In this document: positions 36,411 through 45,326 of the stretch, piece by piece | Layout of the letters: the number at the start of each line of letters is the position of its first letter | Position numbering within the stretch: the stretch's first letter is position 1 | Assembly (NCBI GenBank): GCA_035713885.1 | Contig: DASTMV010000054.1 | Location: 2,236-66,235, forward strand | Direction of reading: 5' to 3' | Length of the DNA stretch: 64,000 nucleotides | DNA from: Candidatus Udaeobacter sp. | Lineage (GTDB): Bacteria; Verrucomicrobiota; Verrucomicrobiia; Chthoniobacterales; UBA10450 | Notes under the pieces: model-generated | The model's database searches: none | Seen by the model: only the letters and a program-made list of their open reading frames with translations | What the model was told of the DNA's origin: nothing | Made by a program: the position numbers and the translations under genes

Positions 36411-37262
36411 ATGCTGTTTCGCCAGTTCCCGGAACCAGCGTAAAGCCACGGAGGTTTGCCCATCATTGACTTCGTGGCCGCCATGAAAAGTCCCTATTCG
36501 CATTTGATTGAATCCGGTTCGCTTGATTGAGCCGGCGACAGTGTACTGCTGCTCTACGGGTGCGATTCTATCATCGTGACCGGCGCTGATATAAATCGGC
36601 GTATTAAGAAAGGTCGCGCCCGGCTGGATTCGCGCGTATCCGTCGCTCAGATGGTCTTCGTTCGCGCCTGTCATGTAGATGCCGGCAATCCGACAGCCGT
36701 TCCTCGCGAGCAGCGGCGCAACGTAGCCAACGCCTTTTCCTCCTCCGGAGAATCCTGCACACGCCACGGGCCACTTGTCCGATTCTGAAAAGCTGCGATG
36801 CAGCGCTTTAACTGCCGCAAGCGTCATCGCACCACGCCATGCAGCGGTATCGTTGCGCGCATGCTGCGGCCCGTCTCCGGCCAGGAGCACCCAACCTTCA
36901 GCCAGTCCGACCGTGCGATAAAACTGAACAAGATCATCCCGGTTCTGACGCTTGAAATCGCTCGTCGAGCAAATGACCAGAATCGGCCAGCTCTTTCGCG
37001 GATCGAAATTCGCGGGCGTCGCTAGTACGGCGACCGCGTTTGGGGGAACCACATTTCCGCCCTGGCTGGCAAGGGATTTTTCCTGCGAGCTCAACTCGAC
37101 GTTCGCTTTAACGGTTGAACCGGGAGAAAAGGCGGTTCCGGCGAACTTGAGTGTCCCGCCGGCTTCCGCTATTGGGCCAGCCTGAATCACGAGAATCAAG
37201 CCGCCGAGTGAAAGCAATTGTCTCGATTTAGCGCGAAGGTCTTGTGAATCCAATGGTATCAT
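36402..37262 (-). CDS. Alpha/beta hydrolase (predicted esterase)
   Basis: Nucleophile elbow GFSGGG, later GHDD and HGGHE blocks. An N-terminal hydrophobic segment appears after trimming to ATG 37260-37262. Confidence 0.6.
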   Translation of the reverse strand: MIPLDSQDLRAKSRQLLSLGGLILVIQAGPIAEAGGTLKFAGTAFSPGSTVKANVELSSQEKSLASQGGNVVPPNAVAVLATPANFDPRKSWPILVICSTSDFKRQNRDDLVQFYRTVGLAEGWVLLAGDGPQHARNDTAAWRGAMTLAAVKALHRSFSESDKWPVACAGFSGGGKGVGYVAPLLARNGCRIAGIYMTGANEDHLSDGYARIQPGATFLNTPIYISAGHDDRIAPVEQQYTVAGSIKRTGFNQMRIGTFHGGHEVNDGQTSVALRWFRELAKQHLN

Positions 37263-37338
37263 AGTGTTCGCATTCAGACCAAAAAACGTGCGGAACGAAC
37301 ATCTCAAATCTAATTTAGCTGGAAATCTGAAATCGACT

Positions 37339-37809
37339 ATGTCCCCCGGTGTTCGCACAGAAGTACAAGTCATGTTTTTCGATACCGATTGCGGAGGCGT
37401 CGTATCAAACATCGCCTACTTACGCTTCATTGAGATCGCACGCACTTACCTGGCCCAGGAGCTCGGACTCGCGCTGGTAGATATGGCCGAAAAGCAAACG
37501 TATCCGGTCGTCGTGCGTACCGAAATTGATTATCGACGCGCGGCCAGGCTTGGTGACCGGCTGGTAATTGAGGGCTGGTTACATCAAATCGAGCGCGCGC
37601 GTTTCTGGTGCGCATTCCGCATTACGCGTGCGGAAGACGATTCGCTTATCGCTGATTGTCGCCAGATGCTCGCGCTGATCGAGATGCCAACAGGAAAACT
37701 GCTGCGTGTACCTGAGCATTGGAAAACCTACGCCCCAGAGGATTCAGCAAACGATCCCAAATCCGAGCCTCAAACCGGCAGCGTTTCCGGTAGAGAACGC
37801 GAACAATGA
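37339..37809 (+). CDS. Acyl-CoA thioesterase, 4HBT/YbgC family (hotdog fold)
   Basis: [20 protein letters not shown] (catalytic Asp block) and hotdog-fold length. Trimmed to ATG 37339. Confidence 0.75.
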   Translation: MSPGVRTEVQVMFFDTDCGGVVSNIAYLRFIEIARTYLAQELGLALVDMAEKQTYPVVVRTEIDYRRAARLGDRLVIEGWLHQIERARFWCAFRITRAEDDSLIADCRQMLALIEMPTGKLLRVPEHWKTYAPEDSANDPKSEPQTGSVSGREREQ

Positions 37810-39599
37810 GCGTAGGGGCGCGCACTTTAAGCCTTGAAGAAACGATGCTGGAGCCGCCGGCGCTTCCGCCGCCGCCGACTCGCCATGCTCTATTAGTGAT
37901 TCTGATTGCGCTCGCGGCGCTGTTGCACGTCGTCACCATCGGGACCGGCGATCTCTACAGTGAAACCGAAGGCCAATATGCCGGAGCGGCGCGCGAGATG
38001 ATTGGGAGTCATCACTGGTTGGTCCCGACAAATGATGGTATCCCGCGCCTGCAAAAACCGCCATTGCTGTATTGGCTCATTATCGGCTCGTACAAGATTC
38101 TCGGAATCAATGAGGCGGCGGCTCGGCTGCCTGTGGCGCTTGCGGTCGTAGCCACGGTTGCGCTTATTTTTTTGATTGGTGAAAGCCTTTCAGATTACTG
38201 GCGCGGCTTTATTGCCGGTCTGATTTATCTAAGCTTCTGCGGAACGTTTTTGCTCGCGCGCATTGTTATGCCCGAACCGCTGGTGAGCGCATTCATCGCT
38301 GGTGCGATCCTCTGCGGTTTGCGTGGCTACGAACGTAGACGCCAACGAGCCGCGTGGTTCGCCGGCGTTTGGATTTGTTCGGCACTGGCTTGTCTCACCA
38401 AAGGCTTTCTTGGCATTATTTACGTAGCCGCGATTTTTATTTTACTCGCGATTTTTTATCATGAAGCCCGAATACGATTTCGTGCGCTGGTGCGCTGGCA
38501 ATACGTAGCAGTTTTCCTTTTGATTTTCGCTCCCTGGCACATCTGGGTGCAATGGCATTTTCCCCATTATTTTCATTATTTGATCAGGTCAGAATGGCTG
38601 GGACACCTCCGTGGGCTTACCGACGACACCCACGATTTCATGGGGGTGCCGGCCTATCAATTTGTCGTGCTGCACCTGGCTTGGTGGTTTCCATGGTCGA
38701 TCGTATTGCTGCCCGGTGTGACATTTGCCTGGCGTCGCGTGATGGGCGCACGCGACATCAGTTTTGCTGATGGATTGCTGCTTTGCTGGATGGGCGTCGT
38801 ATTCGTTCCGCTGCTCTTTTTAGGGCAGCGGCAGGATTATTATTCCATGAGCATGTGGAGCGCGTTTGCGTTATGGGCAGCTGGCGCTTGGGACCGGACT
38901 CCGCAATCGCTTCGGGCCGCGGGCGTGATCGCAGTGGGTCTCGCCGGCGTGATCATCGCGGCAGGAGCGCTGTTTAGTGTACACGAACCCCGTACTCTCA
39001 ACGGAAACTGGGGCATAATGGATGCGCGCTGGACTGCATGGAGAGCATTGCGCGACATGCCCATTTCGGAGTGGGCGGCTCTGCGGCCTTTAATCGGAAT
39101 TACGGCTGTGTCGTTCGTGTTCTTCTCATTGGTAGGCGTCTACCTGGTTCTCAAACAGCGCGAAAAGCTCGCTGCCGTCGCACTGACCCTCGCGATGATT
39201 CCGGCGGGACTCAGCATGGTAGTAGCCGTCGCGAAAGCCGCGCCGTATTTCTCGCTGGCCGATGTCGCGCGTTTCTTGAATCCGCGTCTGGAGAGGGGCG
39301 GCGAGGCAATATTCGAAGGGCCACTCGACGACAGCAGTAGCCTGATTTTCTATCTGAACCGCAAATTCTTTTTCGTTAATCAGAATCCCCAGAAGGAAGC
39401 ACCAATTGGAGTTCCGTCCCGCGACGTCTTTTTGAACGAAGAGACTGTCCTGAACCAATGGGGGCAAGCCGAGCCGATTTATCTCATTGTCGACCAGAGC
39501 AGAGCCGACTATTGGAGAAAACGGGTTACCACTCAGTTTCACATATATCATCAGATTACAACTTCGGGAACGTACGTGGTGCTTAGTAATCAACTCTAG
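37806..39599 (+). CDS. Glycosyltransferase family 39 (ArnT / PMT-like) membrane protein
   Basis: More than 10 TM helices. The first periplasmic loop has [25 protein letters not shown], typical of GT39/GT83. Its ATG overlaps the thioesterase TGA (ATGA). Confidence 0.8.
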   Translation: MSVGARTLSLEETMLEPPALPPPPTRHALLVILIALAALLHVVTIGTGDLYSETEGQYAGAAREMIGSHHWLVPTNDGIPRLQKPPLLYWLIIGSYKILGINEAAARLPVALAVVATVALIFLIGESLSDYWRGFIAGLIYLSFCGTFLLARIVMPEPLVSAFIAGAILCGLRGYERRRQRAAWFAGVWICSALACLTKGFLGIIYVAAIFILLAIFYHEARIRFRALVRWQYVAVFLLIFAPWHIWVQWHFPHYFHYLIRSEWLGHLRGLTDDTHDFMGVPAYQFVVLHLAWWFPWSIVLLPGVTFAWRRVMGARDISFADGLLLCWMGVVFVPLLFLGQRQDYYSMSMWSAFALWAAGAWDRTPQSLRAAGVIAVGLAGVIIAAGALFSVHEPRTLNGNWGIMDARWTAWRALRDMPISEWAALRPLIGITAVSFVFFSLVGVYLVLKQREKLAAVALTLAMIPAGLSMVVAVAKAAPYFSLADVARFLNPRLERGGEAIFEGPLDDSSSLIFYLNRKFFFVNQNPQKEAPIGVPSRDVFLNEETVLNQWGQAEPIYLIVDQSRADYWRKRVTTQFHIYHQITTSGTYVVLSNQL

Positions 39600-39708
39600 A
39601 TCCAGCTAATTGTTGCCGCGGGTCTCTTGAAAAACTGCCGGGCTGGCTTAATGTCTCCGCTCGTTTTCGTTTTAGGGATTTTACTGTTTAACCTGTTTCA
39701 ACCTAGCC

Positions 39709-39864
39709 ATGTCGCAACATCGCAGTCTAAAAGGCGCCAGCACGATTACAGCCAGGCGCAATGTTCTCAAACGCTTTGAGCGTGTCGAGCTTCTGAAGAA
39801 ACGCGGCCAGTGGAAGGACAGCCAGAAAGTCATCGGGTTGCCCAAGACCAAACCGGACGTGTAA
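39709..39864 (+). CDS. Small basic protein (51 aa), absent from the ORF track
   Basis: Hand translation gives MSQHRSLKGASTITARRNVLKRFERVELLKKRGQWKDSQKVIGLPKTKPDV-TAA. It resembles the family annotated as small basic protein in Verrucomicrobia/Chlamydiae/Planctomycetes (TIGR04137 as I recall). Confidence 0.6.
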   Translation: MSQHRSLKGASTITARRNVLKRFERVELLKKRGQWKDSQKVIGLPKTKPDV

Positions 39865-39939
39865 CCCTCGTGAATCGTTGAAATCGTTACATCGTTAAAT
39901 CGCCGGGACGATCACGATTAACGAGTCTCGATCACAACT

Positions 39940-40629
39940 GTGCGCCTCAACCGCTTCCTCGCTGCTGCGGGGCTTGGGTCGCGCCGATATTGCGATGAAT
40001 TGGTCGCAAACGGTCAGGTGACGATCAACGGAAGGGTTTGCACCGATTTCAGTGCACAACCGGGACCGCGTGACCACGTCAAGGTAAATGGCAAACTTGT
40101 CGGCATTGCCACGCCATTCACGATCATGTTGCACAAACCCAAAGGATTCGTTTCGACCCGAAGGGATCCGCATGCTCGCGATACAATCTTCGATTTGCTT
40201 CCGCCGAAATTTTCACGCCTGTTTAACATCGGACGCCTGGATGCTCAGACGGAAGGTCTGCTTCTTCTTACAAACGACGGTGATCTCGCACATCGGATTA
40301 CGCATCCACGTTATAAAATTGAGAAGGAATACGAGGTCACCTTGGCTCGTCCGTGGGATCCTGCGCACGGGCCGAAATTGCTCCGGGGTATTGTTCTCGA
40401 TGGTCACCGAGCAAGGATTGTGCGTCTGCGCCCCATTTCACACACGCGTTTACGCATCGTATTGCGGCAGGGAATCAATCGACAGGTTCGCCGCATGTTT
40501 GAAGCCGTTGGGTATCGCTTGAAACATCTTGTCAGGGTTCGAATGGGAAAACTCCGGCTTGGAGATCTGCCTCGCGGGCATTGGCGTGCGTTGACAAAAT
40601 ATGAGAGGGAATCAATAGCCAGGGAGTGA
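39940..40629 (+). CDS. Pseudouridine synthase, RsuA/RluB family
   Basis: S4 domain (RLNRFLAAAGLGSRR) and catalytic block GRLDAQTEGLLLLTNDG. GTG start. Confidence 0.85.
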   Translation: MRLNRFLAAAGLGSRRYCDELVANGQVTINGRVCTDFSAQPGPRDHVKVNGKLVGIATPFTIMLHKPKGFVSTRRDPHARDTIFDLLPPKFSRLFNIGRLDAQTEGLLLLTNDGDLAHRITHPRYKIEKEYEVTLARPWDPAHGPKLLRGIVLDGHRARIVRLRPISHTRLRIVLRQGINRQVRRMFEAVGYRLKHLVRVRMGKLRLGDLPRGHWRALTKYERESIARE

Positions 40630-40652
40630 CGACTTGATTGTCGGTCGATTCG

Positions 40653-41459
40653 ATGAAACTCGAGGGTTGTAATGCGCTTATCACGGGTGCCTCGGCTGGC
40701 CTGGGACGCGAATTTGCCCGTCAACTCTCCGGGCGTGCGCGATCCCTCATTTTGCTGGCGAGGCGTGACGAAAGACTGATTGAGCTCGCCGAAGAACTGC
40801 ACGGAGAACAACCAAATCTCCGGATTTACGTTCGAAAAGTTGATCTGAGTGACCTTGCGCAGTTGCAGGATCTGCTGGAGTGGGTTGAGCGCGAAGCACT
40901 CAACATCGATGTTTTAATCAACAACGCGGGGCTCGGCGACAGTGGTCTCTTCGCCAGGAGCGATTCCGCTCGTAGCAACCAAATGACGCTCGTGAATGTC
41001 ACGGCGCTGACCTTATTGACACGTCATTTACTCCCGCGAATGATTGCCCGAGGCCGGGGCGGCGTTCTCAACGTTAGTTCATCAGCTGGCTTTCTTCCGA
41101 TCCCCGGCTCCGCTGTGTACGCCGCTACAAAAGCGTATGTGACGAGCTTCTCGGAAGCACTGCGAGCCGAAGTTCGCGGAACAGGTTTAAGCGTGTGCGC
41201 GCTGTGCCCTGGTCCTGTAGCAACCGAGTTCCAAAAAGTTGCCAGCCGCCATGGCGCGCAGCCTGAGATCGGTCCCGCAGCCCTCGTCGTTCCGGCGGAA
41301 CAAGTCGTCCGTGACGGACTTGCGGCACTCGAAGCGGACCGCCCAATGGTGATCCCGGGCTTGCCTATGAAGCTCCTGATGTTCCTGACTCGAATCACGC
41401 CAATGCCCGTAATTCGCCTCACAGCACAGCTGGCACTAAAGAGACGCGGAGTCGTGTAG
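40653..41459 (+). CDS. SDR family oxidoreductase
   Basis: TGASAGLG cofactor motif, NNAG, and catalytic YAATKAY (YxxxK). Confidence 0.8.
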   Translation: MKLEGCNALITGASAGLGREFARQLSGRARSLILLARRDERLIELAEELHGEQPNLRIYVRKVDLSDLAQLQDLLEWVEREALNIDVLINNAGLGDSGLFARSDSARSNQMTLVNVTALTLLTRHLLPRMIARGRGGVLNVSSSAGFLPIPGSAVYAATKAYVTSFSEALRAEVRGTGLSVCALCPGPVATEFQKVASRHGAQPEIGPAALVVPAEQVVRDGLAALEADRPMVIPGLPMKLLMFLTRITPMPVIRLTAQLALKRRGVV

Positions 41460-41467
41460 CGCCAACT

Positions 41468-42082
41468 CTATGACGACTTGTATTTGACCGAGCAACCGTA
41501 CGGCTTCGTCTCTGGCGTGCTGACCGACTTTCCCGCCAAAGATTCATCCAACGCGGCCTTTACATAATTCGTAGAACTCGGGATGTCTGACGGATTTGGC
41601 GTGGCTTTGCTGTCAATCGCGCCGTGATAGATAATTTTTCCTTCAGGATTAATGACCACCATGTTCGGCGTGTTCTTTGCTCCATAAGCGCGTCCCGCTT
41701 TGCCTTCTGGATCAAGAAGCAGCGCAGTCTCATGTGCCTTCCACGATGTGGCGATCTTTTCGGCCTCTTCCGCTGTCAAATTGCCCTCGGTGCCCGGAGC
41801 ATTGGAATCGATGGTCAGCCAAACAACACCCTTATCGGTGTACTCTTTCTGCAAATTTTGCATGTTTCCGCTGCCGTAATGTTTCTTCACAAATGGGCAC
41901 TCCGGATTAAACCATTCAAGTACCACGTACTTGCCCTTGTACTCGGAGAGCGAGTGAGCTGTGCCTTTCGTATCCGCGAGCGAGAAATCTGGCGCGGCAC
42001 TTCCAGCCGGAGGCGCATCCGAGGCGAAAGCTGCCATTCCGACCAATGAGGTAACGGCGGTCAATAGTAATTTCATGTTCAT
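41468..42082 (-). CDS. Periplasmic redoxin / thioredoxin-fold protein
   Basis: Signal peptide. APDFSL..GK.VVLEWFNPECPFVKKHY block of the AhpC/TSA-redoxin fold. Directly downstream of dsbD. Confidence 0.7.
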   Translation of the reverse strand: MNMKLLLTAVTSLVGMAAFASDAPPAGSAAPDFSLADTKGTAHSLSEYKGKYVVLEWFNPECPFVKKHYGSGNMQNLQKEYTDKGVVWLTIDSNAPGTEGNLTAEEAEKIATSWKAHETALLLDPEGKAGRAYGAKNTPNMVVINPEGKIIYHGAIDSKATPNPSDIPSSTNYVKAALDESLAGKSVSTPETKPYGCSVKYKSS

Positions 42083-42163
42083 ATGGTGTTTAGAAAACTG
42101 AGTTGCTGAGATGTTTAAAGTTCTTCGACGAACATGATGCGGCCAAAATTCAACGGAACACAA

Positions 42164-44296
42164 TTATTGCGACGCAACGCGACGCCCGAGGGTTTCAAGC
42201 TTATCGCGAATCATGCTTTTCGTGATCAGTTCCGGAAACACAATCGGCTCTTCGTTCTTCGACGGATAGAGAACGTAGAGTGGAACGCCTGGGCGGCCGA
42301 ATTGCTGTAACAATTTCGTGATTGTCGGGTCACCATTGGTCCAATCAGCTCTTAACTTCACGATGCCGTGGCGTTGGAACGCCTCTCGCACATCCTGGCT
42401 TTCGAGCACGTTGGCTTCGTTGAACTTGCACGTGAGACACCATGCGGCGGTGAAATCGACGAAAACAGTCCGGCCCTGCTCCAGTTCGCTGTGCAATCGA
42501 TCCGGTGTGAACGGCTGCCAGCCGCCTCGAAGCTGTAAATCGGCAGATGGGAGTGCGGTAGACTGAAACTTATCGGCGATAAAATAAATGCCGCTTCCGA
42601 GCACGAGCAGGAGCATGAGCACGAGCACGAGCCCTCGTTTGAAAGCCGATGCGGTTGGAATCGCGAACGCGCCTTTCATCCAACAAGCGACACTAATCAC
42701 CAGCAGGAAAGCACTCGCCCAGATCGCTCCTTCCAATCCCCGCTGGGCGCCGACCACATAAAGAAGAAATAGCAGTGTCGCGAGCAGCAGAAAGCCCATG
42801 AACTGTTTTACATGCAGCATCCACGGACCCGGCCTCGGCAGAAAGCGCAACCATGCGGGTTGTGCGCTCAACACCAGATAAGGCGCGCTCATCCCAGAAG
42901 CGATGGCAATAAAGATTGACATGATAGTGGCGGGCGATTGTGTAAACGCGAACCCCAACGCGGTGCCGAGAAACGGTGCGCTGCATGGCGTAGCCAGCAC
43001 CGTCGCGAACACGCCTTGAAAGAATGAGCCAAGCAAATCTTGACGATCGCTCGTGGAAAGCAAACTGCGCGTCACAGATTGCGGCAACGAAATCTCGAAT
43101 ATGCCAAACAAATTCAGAGCGAACACCAGCACAATCACGGTCAGCGTCAGAACGAAGTAAGGGTTCGTGAACTGAAATCCACCCCAAGTCACATCGCGTC
43201 CCGCGCCTCTAAGCCCAATCAGCAGTAGTGCCAAAGCGATGAACCATGTAAAAATTCCGAGCGTAAACGCGAGTCCACTCCGCAGAATTTTTTGCCTGCT
43301 CTCGCCCGCCTGTTGGATAAAGCCGAAAACCTTCAGCGAGATCACCGGCAGCACGCACGGCATCAAATTCAGAATAATGCCACCGAGAAAGCCGAACAGT
43401 AGAAAAGTGAGTATTCCACGAGCGGGAGGTGGGCGAGCCGCAGAAATCGCTGGCGCCACATTAAGAATCTGCCAAGCCGCACGTTTGTCTCCGTTCGCCT
43501 GCTGCGAAAACACCACGAGTCCTGCCATTGACGACACGTTCTTCGGCGCTGACTCGATAGGAATACGAAACACAACTTCGTTGCTGTTCCGCGATTGAAT
43601 CGCAGGGTGACCAACGATCATATCTTGTTCCGGCAGTGGGAAGAAATCGACTGCTGGATATCTTGCCAAATTTGTGCTCGTGATTTTCAAACGAAGATCG
43701 GATCCAACTCGGCTCCATTCTGGGCTGGCCACATTCGCTGCCGGCCATTTTTGCGGAAGCAAACGGCGGTAACGCTCGAAAATCTCCCTGTTCGCCGGCT
43801 GACTGGTTCGTGCTACGGGCGAATCCAACTGCAATGTTGCGCTACCGGGAATACAGATTTTCTCGCACACGAGCCAATTGGCCTCAGCAATCAATTTGAC
43901 CGACGCAGTGTCTATCTGCCCGGGCGGCGTGATTTCCTGCATGAGCAGGACTTCATTTTCATAGCCGTACGTCTCGATGTCCCCGGGATCGATCGTTTTC
44001 AGCGGAATCGGCCATTGGATTGCGTCGGTTTTCCAGCCTGGCGGTAGTTTCCATTTCAATTCTGTCGGAAGTCCTGCGTCACCGGAGAAGTTCCAATACG
44101 TGTGCCAACCAGGAGCCATTTGCAGTAGCAGACCGACGGTAAACGGTTTGCCCGGCACAATTGAATTTGTGTCGGCAACGAGTTCCGCCCTAACGAGCTG
44201 CTTCCCTTGATAATTCTGGGCAAGACCATGCGGTATACCGGCAAAGAACAGCGAGCCGAGCAGCCCACAGCCAACAGATCTCAGGACCACTTTCAT
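42164..44296 (-). CDS. dsbD: Thiol:disulfide interchange protein DsbD-like
   Basis: N-terminal periplasmic domain, central cytochrome-c-biogenesis TM core (LNLMPCVLPVISLK .. TPCSAPFLG) and C-terminal thioredoxin domain with the AAWCLTCK CxxC. Confidence 0.8.
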   Translation of the reverse strand: MKVVLRSVGCGLLGSLFFAGIPHGLAQNYQGKQLVRAELVADTNSIVPGKPFTVGLLLQMAPGWHTYWNFSGDAGLPTELKWKLPPGWKTDAIQWPIPLKTIDPGDIETYGYENEVLLMQEITPPGQIDTASVKLIAEANWLVCEKICIPGSATLQLDSPVARTSQPANREIFERYRRLLPQKWPAANVASPEWSRVGSDLRLKITSTNLARYPAVDFFPLPEQDMIVGHPAIQSRNSNEVVFRIPIESAPKNVSSMAGLVVFSQQANGDKRAAWQILNVAPAISAARPPPARGILTFLLFGFLGGIILNLMPCVLPVISLKVFGFIQQAGESRQKILRSGLAFTLGIFTWFIALALLLIGLRGAGRDVTWGGFQFTNPYFVLTLTVIVLVFALNLFGIFEISLPQSVTRSLLSTSDRQDLLGSFFQGVFATVLATPCSAPFLGTALGFAFTQSPATIMSIFIAIASGMSAPYLVLSAQPAWLRFLPRPGPWMLHVKQFMGFLLLATLLFLLYVVGAQRGLEGAIWASAFLLVISVACWMKGAFAIPTASAFKRGLVLVLMLLLVLGSGIYFIADKFQSTALPSADLQLRGGWQPFTPDRLHSELEQGRTVFVDFTAAWCLTCKFNEANVLESQDVREAFQRHGIVKLRADWTNGDPTITKLLQQFGRPGVPLYVLYPSKNEEPIVFPELITKSMIRDKLETLGRRVASQ

Positions 44297-44444
44297 ATTA
44301 TTACCTAACACTCGCGTACATTCACGGCAATTGACGCTCGATCATGTCCCGTGTGCTGATCCCATAGTGCGCAAAAGCAAACTTGCGTCAGAGTTCGCGC
44401 TGCAACGTCCTAGTCAGCACATTGTGTGTGGCACGGCGGAACGC

Positions 44445-44990
44445 CTAAGGGACTACAAAGATCTTATCAGTCCAGGGGTCCTTTACTTTGGTTCCCGGCG
44501 TGTAACCGCTCACGTCAACGTATCTCCCGCTGGAATCAAATGGACTGAACACGTATCCGGGTTTGCCGGGCACCGCTTTGGCAGTTGGGAATGCCGGCGG
44601 AATGGAGGATGCTTCCGACGGCTCCGATGGTTTTGGCTCAGGCTGCGTTTTTTCGGTTTGATCGACCCCGCGCGATGTTTTGGAAAGCTTTTGGGAGTTA
44701 ACCGTGTCGGCGTCTGGCCGGCGCTGCGGCGCAGATGATGCTACCTGTGTTGATTGAGCAGGATGACCTGGCTCGGTCACATCTGATTCGATTGCATCCG
44801 TCGTGCCGACCATCGTCGGTTCGTTACTGTGACGTCGCAGGGCATAATGCACGGGTGAAGTCGCTACACGATAGGAACCCACAGCAACGTCGCGAGTAAC
44901 ATGATAAGAACTGACTGCCACGTCCCGCGTAGTTCCGCAGCCTGCTAATAACAACGCCAGAAATAACAAAGATCGGTCCAAGATTTTCAT
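44445..44990 (-). CDS. Lipoprotein of unknown function
   Basis: Lipobox LLLAGC. Tandem 11-aa repeat TRDVAVSSYHV/TRDVAVGSYRV. C-terminal GKPGYVFSPFDSSGRYVDVSGYTPGTKVKDPWT motif. Confidence 0.6.
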   Translation of the reverse strand: MKILDRSLLFLALLLAGCGTTRDVAVSSYHVTRDVAVGSYRVATSPVHYALRRHSNEPTMVGTTDAIESDVTEPGHPAQSTQVASSAPQRRPDADTVNSQKLSKTSRGVDQTEKTQPEPKPSEPSEASSIPPAFPTAKAVPGKPGYVFSPFDSSGRYVDVSGYTPGTKVKDPWTDKIFVVP

Positions 44991-45120
44991 TGCCTTTCTA
45001 GATGTATCCTCATTGTGATGTGTTCAATCATTTAGGCGCATTAAATCGACAATCAGAGTCTCGTTTGTTTCGCTTGGTCGCTTTGACCAGCAATAGATGC
45101 GTTCCATAACATAGCACAAA

Positions 45121-45174
45121 AGAGATTGCCTGACAGCGGAGCCCTGGGCCTCCGTGTCTGCCAGGCAAATCTCT
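45121..45174. other. Long imperfect compound hairpin in the lipoprotein / putA divergent intergenic region
   Basis: AGAGATTGCCTG..CAGGCAaATCTCT outer stem (one bulge) enclosing CGGAGCC-CTG-GGCCTCCG. No ORF explains it. Confidence 0.4.
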
Positions 45175-45326
45175 CCTCTAACTTGCTCCTTGAATTGCGT
45201 ACCAGCAGTTCATTTGTACTTCGGAGAGAAAGCGTCGGCTGAGCGTGTCCTTAATAAATTTCCACAACAGATGCTCATTTGTTGTCGCACTTTGCCGAAC
45301 ACGCAGGCGCGGACTAACCTTGGCCG

